In this document: piece by piece, positions 1 through 12,910 of the stretch
Position numbering within the stretch: position 1 is the first letter of the stretch
Layout: each line of letters opens with the position of its first letter
Assembly: GCA_964016885.1 (NCBI GenBank)
Contig: OZ024744.1
Span: 60,388,001-60,452,000, forward strand
Length of the DNA stretch: 64,000 bases
Direction of reading: 5' to 3'
Source of the DNA: Eledone cirrhosa
Taxonomy: Eukaryota
The notes under the pieces: generated by a model
The model's input: the letters and a program-made list of their open reading frames with translations, nothing else
Databases searched by the model: none
What the model was told of the DNA's origin: nothing
Program-made: the position numbers and the translations under genes

Positions 1-800
1 CCCTGGCGGGAATCGGCCTCCAGGTCAACTCGGCCAAGTTGGAGGTGGTGAACGTCAGCCTCGATGCTGCGAGCTTTGTAGCCTCCGTCTTGGACGTGTG
101 GTCCATTCTCCGCCAGGTTCAGGTGACCCCCAAAGAGGATGTCCTCATCCTCAGGTCACCGATCCACCCGCTAGCCATTAGGTGCAGGCTTCAACAGCTC
201 CAGACTCTCATGAGCCTACTGGACTTGATTGACAGCCACCCAACTCTTTTTCTGTTGAGGAACTGCTTCACCTTGCCGTAGCTCCTCTATACACTCCGCA
301 GCGTTCCATGCTACACCCAGACATCTCTCTTCGCTGACCTCGATACTTGTATCCGAGCAGCAGCCGAGGGGATATGCAACGTCAAGTTTGACGACATAGG
401 GTGGCAACAGGCCACTTTACCTGTCAGGTATGGCGGCCTTGGCCTCCGGTCTCACTAGCTTTGCCGGCGTATCTTTCATCGGTAACCTTGTGCCGCGTCC
501 TCGTCAGCAGGGTTCTTCAAAGCACAACATAACCCTCTGAGGGGGCCAAACTCCTCAAATACTGGTCACTCTGACAGGTTTGCAGTCGTACCCCTGGCAG
601 TGGAGACTTCCGGTGTTCTCGGGCCCCAAGGCTCCCTCCTTACTGATAGGCGCTGAGCTGGCCAGCCGCAGGTGTGAGCTCCGCGAGTTGGAGTGGCTTT
701 TCCAGCGCATCTCCCTTGCTGTCTTCCGGGGAAACGCCTTCTCCATTCTGTCCGCCGGGGTTGTGGGTGGGCCCATCGCGTACCATTGTAGTTTTTGTAT
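1..800 (+). mobile_element. Decayed CRE-clade (RT + restriction-like endonuclease) non-LTR retrotransposon, 3' part, internally deleted
   Basis: Reading through a stop gives FLLRNCF..LLYTLRS..WQQATLPVRYGGLGLR (~250-450). ORF 580..864 contains WLFQRISLAVFRGNAFSIL. Both motifs are typical of CRE-like ORFs. GC-rich island; runs off the left edge. Confidence 0.7.
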
Positions 801-1216
801 ACAGATATTAATTCATCAATCCCATTGTCCTAATAGTATTTACTTACAAGAGCTTGATTATTAAACAAGCTTAGTAGCTGACATGGAGTATTTACATCAT
901 TTGAAACTCTCTTATAGATCATATGCTAGATTATGTTAAACATGGAAACAAAATTTGACATCTTACATAAAGACTATCATATACTGGCTGATGTACCCAG
1001 CTTCGCCTGGGTAAACAGATGATAAAAGACAGGTAGAAGAGAAAACAGCCGTTTGTCTGGTCTACAGTATGAGGCGAGACCCTGGTTTGTGTGTTACAAA
1101 AAAATAAACAGTAAAAAAAAAAATTTTTTTTAAATCTTCCAGATACACCAGATTCTTTGTTTTACTGCCTGTGCATAGTATATGAAGATTTCTAGATGTT
1201 CCCACTCGTGAACAAC

Positions 1217-1420
1217 TTACATATAACTGTCCATGGGTAAAAAGCGATTCTCATGTCCTACAACTTTGAAACTCCGAGCCTGAGCTTTATGTACATTCAT
1301 AGCAAAACTGGCTCTAACAGGGAACTGAAGTCTTGAGAATTTGAATGGTAGGTAGCTCAGTAGAGAAAAGGATAAGAGGAATCTTGGGAATAAATGCATT
1401 TTCTGCTTGACTGCCTCCAA
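1217..1420 (-). pseudogene. Pif1-type helicase C-terminal fragment of Helitron RepHel
   Basis: LPFKFSRLQFPVRASFAMNVHKAQARSFKVVG matches the RepHel motif RxQFPvrlaFAMTinKsQGqs. Confidence 0.8.
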
Positions 1421-1554
1421 GAATAGTGAATTATAGATGGTTCATCATCATCCTGGTTGTAAAGTATGTGCCCTTGCATAGAAGTAGCGGGTCCATGTTT
1501 CTCAAAAGGACAATGGAAGTTCCAATATTTTATATGTAGATATATATAGATATA

Positions 1555-1636
1555 GTGTGCGCGCGTGCGTGTGTGCGTGCGTGCATGCGTGTGTGTGCAT
1601 GTACGTGTATGCGCATGTGCGTGCATGCGTGTGTGT
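1555..1636. repeat. Alternating purine-pyrimidine (GT/GC/AT) microsatellite
   Basis: gtgtgcgcgcgtgcgtgtgtgcgtgcgtgcatgc... Confidence 0.9.
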
Positions 1637-2186
1637 AAACCAGTGTCCGAATCATGTGTTTAATTTGATTAAGTATTTACGTGAAGATGTGTGTGTATGT
1701 GACTTACTAAGGTGTAACATACGTAATGAATGCACAAACACACACAGACATATACACACTCATATACAAAATGTGATGTCATCGTGTTATAAAATATACG
1801 TTTATCTAAAATAATCTACTATAAACAACTATAAGTAAAGTGTTATATTGTATTAATCCAAATGAAAATAGTTATATGTTGTCACTCCCATGGCTAAATA
1901 CTATTACCTCATAAAATTTAAGTTGATTTGGTCAAGCCATTTGGGAATGCGTAAGGAAAAGACAGACAGACAGACAGAGAGACAAAGAATTTTATATATA
2001 GAGAGAGATTTCTAAATATTTTGGCTTTGTTTACAGTCTTGATAAGAATATCTGTTTGCATTAGCAGAGATTCAAGTTTTCTAAACATGTCATGTTTTGA
2101 ACAATCACATTATTTCCAAAAAAGAAAGTAAATTATATAATTTTAGATAATTAATGTACTTTAAAAAATTATGTAAATGTAAACAC

Positions 2187-2325
2187 AGGCAAGGATGAGT
2201 GGTTAAGAATTTGTTTTGCAATCTTAAGATTCTGGTTTCAATCCCACTGAATGACATCTTGGGCATGGGTTGACCCAAGCCTTGTGAATGAAATTGATTA
2301 GATAAAACTGTTTGGAAGCCCATCA
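2187..2325 (+). mobile_element. Degenerate tRNA-derived SINE
   Basis: A-box-like GAGTGGTTAAG and B-box-like GGTTTCAATCCC, followed by CTTGGGCA and GACCCAAGCCTTGTGA..GAAGCCC. Confidence 0.55.
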
Positions 2326-2578
2326 AATTGACTGTACTTGTAAATTAAAGGTCACATATTATGTCAGCTTCGTTTCAGCTTGAGAAATGTGTTAAATGTA
2401 CACATCTGGAATATACAACAACTTACATGTTAATATCTGAGCCAGACATTCAGTTGACTGAACACCTGAATGCTCATCAAAACCAACGGAGATTTCATCA
2501 CTTTTTAAAAGAAAACATTAGGAACCACATTAATATTTAAACATATATAGTTAATTAACACTATATCAATGTAATAAT

Positions 2579-2681
2579 TGTTTCTACAATAGGCACAAGG
2601 CCAGCAATTATCCCAGTGTATTACTGGTACTTTATTTTATCGAACTCCGTTAGGATGAAAGGCAAAGTTAACCTCGACGAG
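2579..2681 (-). mobile_element. 5'-truncated Nin/Deu-domain-like SINE with 14-bp TSD
   Basis: Same family as 12727-12910. ATCAATGTAATAAT is duplicated at 2565-2578 and 2682-2695. Confidence 0.85.
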
Positions 2682-3486
2682 ATCAATGTAATAATATCAT
2701 TAGAACTACTTTACATGTGCATGCATAGTGAGTCTAATATCATTAGACACATTCTCATTTTCAGTTCAAGTTTGCTATTTAAACAACTCTCTCTGTAGTA
2801 TAAAATACTTGTTATATACAACTGTCTTGATTATTATTACATCACATAATACACACTATGAATTAAAATAAATCTATCACTAAATATATTACCATCGTGA
2901 ATATATTGTTTGACAAACAAAATGAATTCATTGATACAGTTCACTGTGGCACATGGTGATTATAGAAATATTTTAACCAAAGCAAGCCACAATGTGGGCA
3001 CTTCTACTGTGGCCCAATTCCATGGGAGGAATTGAGCTGAACACTGCTTATGGCAAAGAGTTACACCAACTGAATCAGTAGGATTTGCAATTAATTTTCC
3101 ATTGACACATTCCAATGTTAGTGAAATATACAAACCATAGACTGACATCACACCACTTCAACTGGCTGGATAGTCTGACATTATATCATTTACATTGCCT
3201 CAGAAGAAATAATAATCAGTTCATTGTAATAAAAACTTTTAACTTTGACTCAACATCAATTTTTTGTATGGTTTGATGCATATAATAAATTGAATCGTCC
3301 TAGTAGATGACTGGTATTTACTGACCATTGAAAGATGAAATGCAAAGCCAACCCAGACAAGACTTGAATACAAAAAATATAATGAAAGACTGCCAGAAAA
3401 AAATAGATATTTTTTTCATCAAATAGATATTTTTTTTAAATTTAGTTTTTACAAATAATTTTTGCATTTAGAAAAGCATCACTTAC

Positions 3487-3490
3487 CTCT
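3487..3490 (-). other. Candidate 4-nt microexon (AGAG)
   Basis: Minus strand reads CTAAC..CTAAC..CTGATTGA-T12-AATGCAG|AGAG|GTAAGT. No transcript evidence. Confidence 0.4.
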
Positions 3491-4399
3491 CTGCATTAAA
3501 AAAAAAAAATCAATCAGTTGTAAGTTAGGATCAGGTTAGTTTCAAGAAAATGTGAAACTTTACAGTTACTATTGTTATTGTTTGGCCCAGGTCAACCCTG
3601 GCCAAGAGTCATGATCAAAAATGTTCCAGCTGTGGCCATTTCATGTATATAGTAATGGTACCACATCTCTATCTAATCTTCCTTGTGTTTTAACTTGTGT
3701 TTACTGTTTCTCTTTTGTTTGTTATTTATATTTATTTCACAGCTCTATCAATACAGTAATACTGAAAGCCACAAATGTTGACATTGAATCTTGGGAACAG
3801 CTTATGCTGAATAGATTCCTGGAGAACAGCCTCATCAATTAAGATATAAACTCCTCATAAGAGACACGCATCCAGATAACGAAAACCAAATGTGAGTTCA
3901 GCAAAGCCCAGTTAGCCGACACTTCCTACTAAGCCACAGGTCACATATCTCACATCTGATTGTTATTACTGTGCCAGAATTTGATTTACTCACCAGCCAC
4001 CTATAGACACATGAACCCATTCAATCATGTTAGTAAATTCATGGTCTTCACTGATTATTGGTGGACAAACAACAACAATATTTGACATAAGTAACAAGAT
4101 GTCTTCCATATGAAAGTGCTACTCACTAAAAATGTTATACACATGCAATTGTATACATGTCCCAAACAGCTTCGCAGTAACTAACGTTACCGAATGTGAC
4201 AACACTGTTCTACATCATCTTATTAAATATCTTTCTTTTATCATACCTAATTATTTTTTTGAAAAAGCCAATAATTGTTGTTGTGGATGTTACTGCTTGT
4301 TCTTGTAGTTGCTGTGGTTCTTGATGATGTTGCATTGATGATGTATGATTGTTGTTGTTGCTGTTGTTGACAGTGGTGGTTGATGATTGTTGTTAATGG

Positions 4400-5900
4400 T
4401 GGTTGTTTTATGGTTGTAGAGTGGTTATTGATGTTGTCATTGATGTTGTATGGTTGTTGTAGAGTGGTTATTGATGTTGTATGGTTGTTGTATAGTAGTT
4501 AGTGACGTTGTATGGTTGTTATATAGTAGTTAGTAATGTTGTATGATTGTTGTATAGTAGCTAGTGATGTTGTATGGTTGTTGTATAGTAGTTAGTAATG
4601 TTGTCATTGATGTTGTATAGTGGTTATTGATGTTGTCATTGATGTTGTATAGTGGTTATTGATGTTGTATGGTTGTTGTATAGTGGTTATTGATGTTGTA
4701 TGGTTGTTGTATAGTGGTTATTGATGTTGTATGGTTGTTGTATAGTAGTTAGTGATGTTGTATGGTTGTTGTATAGTAGTTAGTGATGTTGTATGGTTGT
4801 TGTATAGTGGTTATTGATGTTGTATGGTTGTTGTATAGTGGTTATTGATGTTGTATGGTTGTTGTATAGTGGTTATTGATGTTGTATGGTTGTTGTATAG
4901 TAGTTAGTAATGTTGTATGGTTGTTGTATAGTGGTTATTGATGTTGTATGGTTGTTGTATAGTGGTTATTGATGTTGTCATTGATGTTGTAGAGTGGTTA
5001 GTGATGTATGGTTGTTGTATAGTAGTTAGTGATGTTGTATGGTTGTTGTATAGTAGTTAGTGATGTTGTATGGTTGTTGTATAGTGGTTATTGATGTTGT
5101 ATGGTTGTTGTATAGTGGTTATTGATGTTGTATGGTTGTTGTATAGTGGTTATTGATGTTGTATGGTTGTTGTATAGTAGTTAGTAATGTTGTATGGTTG
5201 TTGTATAGTGGTTATTGATGTTGTATGGTTGTTGTATAGTGGTTATTGATGTTGTCATTGATGTTGTAGAGTGGTTAGTGATGTATGGTTGTTGTATAGT
5301 AGTTAGTGATGTTGTATGGTTGTTGTATAGTAGTTAGTGATGTTGTATGGTTGTTGTATAGTGGTTATTGATGTTGTATGGTTGTTGTATAGTGGTTATT
5401 GATGTTGTATGGTTGTTGTATAGTGGTTATTGATGTTGTATGGTTGTTGTATAGTAGTTAGTGATGTTGTATGGTTGTTGTATAGTGGTTATTGATGTTG
5501 TATGGTTGTTGTATAGTAGTTAGTGATGTTGTATGGTTGTTGTATAGTGGTTATTGATGTTGTATGGTTGTTGTATAGTGGTTATTGATGTTGTATGGTT
5601 GTTGTATAGTAGTTAGTGATGTTGTATGGTTGTTGTATAGTAGTTAGTGATGTTGTATGGTTGTTGTATAGTGGTTAGTGATGTTGTATGGTTGTTGTAT
5701 GGTTGTTGTATAGTAGTTAGTGATGTTGTATGGTTGTTGTATAGTGGTTAGTGATGTTGTATGGTTGTTGTATAGTGATTAGTGATGTTGTCATTGGTGT
5801 TGTATGGTTGTTATATAGTGGTTTTTGATGTTATTAATGTTGTATGGTTATTGATATTGTTGATGTATGGTTGTTGTTTAGTGGTTAGTGATGTTATTGT
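4400..5900. repeat. 31-bp minisatellite (GATGTTGTATGGTTGTTGTATAGTGGTTATT and variant ...TAGTAGTTAGT)
   Basis: Period 31 (4681 to 4712), roughly 45 units, degenerate edges. Confidence 0.95.
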
Positions 5901-6334
5901 TGTTTGCTGTTTAGTACCAAGTTAGTGATAATTCAACTGATCTATTATCAAAGATGCTATTGTATTTGAAAGACATTTTAACACCAGGTGATCCTTAATC
6001 CAAACAATCTATAACCAAACAAGTTCCAATCATCACAATCCCCACTTTTATTCAGACACAGTATATCTAGGACTATATTATTTAAAGTGTCCTTCTTATT
6101 TCAAGATGGTAGAGTGTTTTTATAGAGATTTTGTTATTTCTAGCAAATATTGTAGTTATTGTTGGTAAGATCTATGATGGATGGCATTCTCGCTGTGACA
6201 TTCTTATCTTTTTTATCTAGAAAATATGCAATGTAACCTTCCTCTTTTTTAAATGATAGTGTGGGACAATAGGAAGATTTGGCTGCTATTTCCAGCAGGT
6301 CAAGTGACCATGTAGAGGCTTCCTCTGTAGAAAC

Positions 6335-6620
6335 TCTTGCTGCTGTTATTGTTACTGTTGCTGCCACTGGTGTTCTTATTACAGCTGGCTATTGTTGTTG
6401 TTGTTGCTGCTGTTGTAGCAGGGTGTTGTTATTGCTGCTGCTGCTGTTGTAGCAGGATGTTGTTATTGCTGCTGCTGCTGCTGCTGCTATTGTTATTATT
6501 GCTGTTATACCTGTATGTTGTTGCTATTCCACTGTTATTGTTCCTCCTGCTGCTATTGTTATTGCTATTGTAGTTATTGTAGTTGTTATCTCCATCCTTG
6601 TTATTCTTGTTGTCAAAGTT
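6335..6620. repeat. Mixed (CTG)/(TTG)/(TTA) trinucleotide low-complexity tract
   Basis: Seen directly; explains the poly-L and poly-N/Q ORFs here. Confidence 0.9.
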
Positions 6621-7057
6621 ACCAAAACTGCAACATATCAAAATTCAATTATATTTTACATTCAATTCCTTTTCTATTGAATAGAAAAGTCAGTCCAAAT
6701 CAGAAAAAACTACAAGAAAGCAGCATTAACAATAATTAATATCGCAGAATAATTCACACCTACAAAGTAATAATAAATATAATGCGCATAAAATAATGGA
6801 GATTACATGGAAGTAGAAAACAGTCAGAGTGGGTGATGTCATCATCATCAACATTTTACATCCATCTTTCCATGCTTGCATGGGTTACATGGTCAATACA
6901 CTACATTCCTTCATCTCTGTGAGGTTCAGCACTGAGATCAGCTCTCACCACTTCTGCTAAGGTCTTCCTCACTCTTCCTCTTCTGCAGCTGTCTTCCTCA
7001 CTCTTCCTCTTCTGCAGCTTTCTTCCACTGGGATATCTTGGCACTTCACCCAACGAC

Positions 7058-10030
7058 CATCATCATCATCATCTTCATTTAACGTCCATCTTCCACGCTA
7101 GCATGGGTTACATGGGAGTTGTCCCACTTGAGGCAAGGTTGGTCAGGTGACCGTGTCTCGCTCATATAGGACTATCTGGCAGGTTTTCTATGGTTGGCTA
7201 CCCTTCCTAACACCAACCACATTTACAGTGTGGAACTGGGAACTTACTGTGTTACCTACACGGCCACATTACAGCGTGGACTGTGTGTTTTGTCGTGACA
7301 CCTACACGATCTCGATCTCATTTATTTGGACTGGATGTTGTGGTACCAACTTTACAGAGAGAGGGTGGTGTTGGTGGGAGTGGGAGGATAGAGTAGGGGT
7401 AGTAGATTGGGGTGTATATTTGGTTAAGAGGTGCCTACTGACTAGGTTTCGCTTTGTACATAGGCAAGGTGGGTCTTCTATATTACTGCGTAGCGCCAAA
7501 GATCTCGGTCCAGTGACATTGTCTTAGAGAGGTGCAAGTGTGTAAGGTCGGAATTTATCAAGTCGTTCCAGGTTTTTCTGGGTCTGCCTACTCCGTAACT
7601 ACCATCAACTTTGATCGCCCTGCACTTTTTTATACAACTGTCATCTTTCATGCGCATCACGTGACCATACCAACGTAGTTTTCTCTCAAGTAAACAACAT
7701 CTGATCCCTCTTATTCCTAATTTCTCATTTAGTTCATTTATGCTTTGCCATTCGCATATATTACTATTACACATCCAACGGAGCATGCATGCTTCATTGC
7801 TTTCCAGTCTGTGCAGGTCCTCTGCACGTAATGCCCATGTCTCACTGCCATGTAACATTGCTGTTCGTATACAGGCATCATACAATCTGCCTTTCATTTT
7901 TAGAGAGAAACCTTTTGTGGTCAACAGCGGTATAAGCTCTCTGAACTTCTTCCATCCCGTTCTGACTCTGGCTACTGTACTATCAGAACACCCTCCACCA
8001 CTGCTGATTTCGTTACCCAGGTAACGGAAAGTGTCCACTATTTCCTGTGGACACTTGCTACTTATTGCACCTGAGCATCGGCCACATATAAAGTTTATGT
8101 TCTTAGATAGTTTACCTGTGATCCCACTACATCTTTTATGTACCCATACTTTGCATTTGGGACATAAAATGGAATTTCTGCCTACTCCTTTCCTACACAC
8201 TGAGCATGGCCATTTCCCTGAGGGCACCTGTGCCCTATTTTCCTTTCTACAAACTTGAACTTTAGTCTTAGACAAGTTAACTTTAAGGCCTTTTGATTCT
8301 AGGTAATGCTTCCATGTTTGGAATTTCTTCTCTAGTTCAGCCATTGATTCAGCTATGAGCGTTAGATCATCTGTGTATAGGAGTTCCCACGGGCAGTCAG
8401 TCTTGAACTCCTCTGTTATAAGGGCAATAATAAATAGGAGGAGGCTAAGGACAGAGCCTTGATGAACACCAACTTTTACACTAAATTCTTCACAATATTC
8501 ATTGTTAATTCTAACCTTACTGACTGTTTCATTATACATAGCTTGTATAGCTCTCACAAGCCATTCATCTACTCCTAGTTTTCTAAGAGCCCACCAGATA
8601 ATGGAGCGGGGGACTCTGTCAAAGGCTTTCTCCAGGTCTACAAAAGCTAAGTAGAGGGGTTTACTTTTAGCTAGGTACTTTTTTAGTTGTCGTACAATGA
8701 AAAGAGCGTCTGTGGTACTTTTACCTGACAAACCCAAACTGCATTTCATCTAGAACAATTCATCTCTGATTAGTTGTGCTATAACTCTTTCTGTGACCTT
8801 CATGACCTGGTCATCTAACTTAATGCCTCTATAGTTTCCCCTATCTAGAGCATCCCCTTTACTCTTGTAGCAGTTAATGATGATGCTGCTGCGCCAGTCC
8901 TTTGGTACGACCCCATTCTGTATTACTTAGTTAACTATACGGGTGACCATAGTATGTCCCACCATTCCAGATGCCTTCAATATCGCAAAACTATCTCCGA
9001 AGGCCCAGCTGCCTTGCCTGTCTTCATATTTTTGATTGCCTTACTTATTATATTACTTTTAACTTGCACCGCTGGTCCTTCTAGTGGATCAATTTGGGGC
9101 AGACTAACTTTTTCCCATTTATTCTCATTTAATAGTCTCTGGTAGAGACACTTTCAGGCTATCTTATCAGTATCAGTGAGGGCAAGTACACTTTTATCAT
9201 TACGAACACACTTCTCCCCGACAATATCATGGTTTTCCTTGACACATTGTCTAGCAATCCTGAACACCTCACATTTTTGGTCCTCATGTTGTAGAACATG
9301 CTTGAACTTTCTATCCTCTGCTTCCCTTTTTGCAAGGTACACTTGTCTCCTAGCTTCTCTCCTGGCCACTTGATAGTGTTCTCTACTTCCTCCATCCTAC
9401 CATACTTTCCAAGCCTGCTTTTTGGCCTTGATTGTCTCCTCCACCTTACTGTTCCACCACCAAGTTACTCTCCTCCTGCCAATAGGTCTGCTCCAGCCAC
9501 AGATTTCATTTGTTGCTTTCAGCAGGTTCACTTTCAAGAATTGCCGCTGTTCCTCTATATTGCACGTCTCTAATTGCTCTTCCTTATTGTCAAAGGCATC
9601 AAGTAATAAGCTTTTAAATTTGTCACTGGCTATGAGGTCCTTCAACTTCCATATTCTTCTCCTCAAGGTAGGCCTCCTCTGTTGTCGAGTATGTCTATTC
9701 CTGACTATGAGGTCACTAACTACTAGGCTATGCTGGGAGGTGCATTCTTCACGGGGGAGGGATTAAGTGCTTACAACAGACACTTTGTCGCGTCTTCTAG
9801 TAAGGATATAATCTATCTGGCTGGCATGTTCCCCTGATCTATAGGTGATCAAATGGTTCTCGTTTTTTGAAGTTTGTGTTACAGATAGTTAGGTTATTAG
9901 CATCACAGAATTCAAGAATTCTGAAGCCCTAATCATTCTATTTCCAACCCCATAGCCTCTATGGATTCCATCATAGCCATCATTATGTTGTCCAACATGA
10001 CCGTTTAGATCGCCAGCAATAATTAAGTAG
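7058..10030 (-). mobile_element. RTE-clade LINE, 5'-truncated and decayed, with (GAT)n tail
   Basis: Endonuclease C-terminus near 9700-10030 (AGDLNGHVG, QIDYIL); WWWNSKV; RT motifs FVDLEKAFD, VHQGSVLS, LLYTDD; TAMLHGSETW; RPRKTW. 3' end GGACGTTAAATGAAGATGATG at 7058-7090. Frameshifts and stops present. Confidence 0.93.
7478..8749 (-). pseudogene. RTE reverse transcriptase fragment with internal Cys/His (PHD-like) finger
   Basis: 423-aa ORF with RT motifs, and CSVC..CPKC..HKRC..CGRC at ~8070-8220. Confidence 0.88.
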
Positions 10031-11049
10031 TCGCAATAAAATATTAATTGAAAATCTGAGAGAAAAGCGGAGAATTTGAATTCTAGACTTGCATAAATAG
10101 CAGTTTAAAACACTGCTTATTGAATCAACTTTATGGGTAAATTTAGGAGAAGGTTGTATTTTAGGAAGGGTCCAAAAGAATGAGACATTAAAAATATGTA
10201 AAATATTAATTGAAAATCCGAGAGAAAAACGGAGAATTTGAATTCGTGACAGGTATAAAGAGAAGTTTAAAATGATGCTTATTGAGTCAAATTTATGGGT
10301 AACTTGAGGAGAAGGTTAGTTTTGTAGGAGGGGACCAACAGAATGAAACATATTTAAAACATTGCTTATTGAGTCAACTTTATCGGTAACTTTAGGAGAA
10401 GGTTCGTTTTTAACAAGGGTGCAAAAGAATGAGACATTAAAAATATGTAAAATCTTAATTGAAAATCCAAGAGAAAAACGGAGAATTTCAATTCTAGACT
10501 GGCATAAATAGAAGTTTAAACAATGCCTATTAGGTGAACTTCGTGGGTAACTTTAGAAGTTTAGTTTTTAGGAAGGGTCCAATAGAATTAGACATTATTA
10601 AAGATATGTAAAATATTAATTGAAAATCCGAGAGAAAAACGGAGAATTTGAATTCTAGACTGGCATAAATAGAAGTTTAAAACTCTGCTTATTGGGTCGA
10701 CTGCGGATAAAAGGAAAGACACGTACTTTGCTTACATTCTCAAAATCGACAGATCGTCCGTAAGATAGATTAGATAGATAGATGTCCTTGGTAAGCCAGC
10801 AAGGTTTATTTTGTACTTGCGATCAGACGGGGGGGAGGGGGTGAGAGCAAATTGCTTAGAAAATTAGCGAGCGAAATGCAGGAAGGTTCAAAAATAATTA
10901 ATTAATAATAATACCAAAAGGTTAGTTTGGCGATATCCAATTTTAGCTGTCTAAATGCCGCTTAGTTCCTGCAGTTGCTGCTTACTTCAATGTATGAGGC
11001 TATTCCAACAAATTTACATTCCCCCTTTTTTTAGCCGTTAAAAGAAATA

Positions 11050-11350
11050 TAGATTTATTTATTTTTTTTTTTTGCGATTTATTTGCCACTGGGGTATAGA
11101 TTTCTTTATTTGCCCCTTTTTTGTTTGTTTGTTTTTTTGCGATTTATTAGCCTTTTGGGGTCACACACACACCCGTAGAAAGTGTGCGACCTTTCTGCCA
11201 GGGAGTACAGAGAGAGGGGGGTGCTCCCTTCTTCTCTTACCTGTTCAAGCCGATATAGAGAGATGGCCCACTTACACGGGCCATTATTGTTACTTTCACC
11301 CATCTTTCATGGAATTGGCTGGGACTGAGTGCCTTTTTCGAGTGAAAGTA
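11050..11350 (-). mobile_element. 3' end fragment of an L1/Tx1-like LINE inside the satellite
   Basis: Minus strand encodes ERWVKVTIMARVSGPSLYI, similar to ERWVNVAKMAQVNGPSLYINL at 35956-36020. Shares TTTATTTGCCAC(A/T)GGGG near the tail; T-runs correspond to the poly(A). Confidence 0.7.
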
Positions 11351-12726
11351 GCATTATTAAAAATATGTAAAATATTAATTGTAAAGCCGAGAGATAAACG
11401 GAGAATTTGAATTCTAGACTGGCATAAATAGAACTTTAAAACACTGATTATTGAGTCGACTACGGGTAAAAGGAAAGAATTATTTTGCTTACGTTCTCAA
11501 AATCGACAGATATTGCGTAAGATAGATGAGATAGATCTATAAATTCTGTCCTTGGGAAGCCAGCAAGGTTTATTTTATACTTCCAATCAGACGGGGGGCG
11601 GCGATATGAGAGATTGAGCAAAGAGATTACAAAATTAGCGAGCGAGATGCAGGAATGTTTTAGAATAATAATAATACTAGAAGGTTAGTTTTTAGGAAGG
11701 GTCCACCAGAATGAGACATTAAACATTTGTAAAATATTAATTGAAAATCCGAGAGAAAAACGGAGAATTTGAATTCTAGACTGGCATAAATATAAGTTTA
11801 AAACACTGCTTATTGAGTCGACTACGGGTAAATGGAAAAACAAGCATTTTGCTTACATTCTCAAAATCGACAGAACGTCCGTAAAATAGATTAGATAGAT
11901 AGATAAATTCTGTCCTTGAGAAGCCAGTAAGGTTTATTTTATACTTGCGATCAGACGGGGAGGGGGGGGATATGAGAGAAGGAGTAAAGTGCTTACAAAG
12001 TTAGCGAACGAGATGCAGAATTAATTAATAATAATATTAGAAGGTTAGTTTTTAGGAAGGGTCCAATCGAATGAGACATTAAAAATATGTAACATATTAA
12101 ATGAAAAATCCGAGAGAAAAACGGAGAATTAGAATTCTAGACTGGCATAAATAGAAGTTTAAAACACTGCTTATTGTGTCAACTTTATGGGTAACTTTAA
12201 GAGAAGGTTAGATTTTAGGAAGGGTCCACCAGAATGAGTCATATTAAAAATATGTAAAATATTAATTGAAAATCCTAGAGAAAAACGGAGATTTTGAATG
12301 CTAGACTGGCTTAACTAGAAGTTTAAAACACTGCTTATTGAGTCAAATTTATGGGTAACTTTAGGAGAATCTTAGTTTTTAGGAGGGGTCCAACAGAATG
12401 AGACATTAAAAACATGTAAAATATTAATTGAAAGTCCGAGGAAAAAATGGAGAATTTGAATTCTAGACTGGCATAAATAGAAGTTTAAAACACTGATTAT
12501 TGAGTCGACTACGGGTAAAAGGAAAGAATTATTTTGCTTACATTCTCAAAATCGACAGATATTCCGTAAGATAGATTAGATAGATAGATAAATTCTGTCC
12601 TTGGGAAGCCAGCAAGGTTTATTTTATACTTCCGATCGGACGGGGAGGGGGGGGGGTGAGAGAATGAGCAAAATGTTTAGCGAGCGAGATGCAGGAATGT
12701 TCTAGAATTAATTAATTAATAATAAT

Positions 12727-12910
12727 TGTTTCTACTTTAGGCACAAGGCCAGCAATTATTCAGTTCATTACTGGTACTTTATTTTATCGACCCCGTAAGG
12801 ATGAAAGGCAAAGTCAACCTCGGCGGGATTTGAACTCAGATCGTAAAGGGACGTAACTATGCTGGAAAGCATGGCGTCCGACCCTCTACCGATACTGCCA
12901 ATCCACCACC
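12727..12910 (-). mobile_element. Full-length tRNA-derived SINE with Nin/Deu-like core
   Basis: Minus strand: A box TGGCAGTATCGG, B box GTTCAAATCC, core GCCTTTCATCCTTACGGGGTCGATAAAATAAAGTACCAG, tail AGAAACAATTATT. AATAAT on both sides. Confidence 0.88.

Larger units (their letters stand above)
984..2008 (-). mobile_element. Non-autonomous Helitron remnant
   Basis: On the minus strand: A|TC start at 2008 with (TGTC)n near the 5' end, subterminal hairpin ACCCAG...CTGGGT (995-1012), degenerate CCAG|T end at 984, and a helicase fragment inside in the same sense. Confidence 0.7.

Noticed and set aside
2930-3200. Unassigned segment with coding-like composition
   Set aside because: No convincing motif or splice boundaries, and stops in the frames I read; cannot support a call without a database search.
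6337-6739. Poly-Leu, poly-Asn/Gln and Cys-rich ORFs
   Set aside because: Translations of trinucleotide low-complexity DNA. The same applies to ORFs at 1357-1814, 29544-29865, 50832-51149 and 51346-51760.
12830-12910. tRNA gene
   Set aside because: The A and B boxes belong to the SINE head; no complete cloverleaf. The tRNA match at 52602 is a PBS, not a gene.
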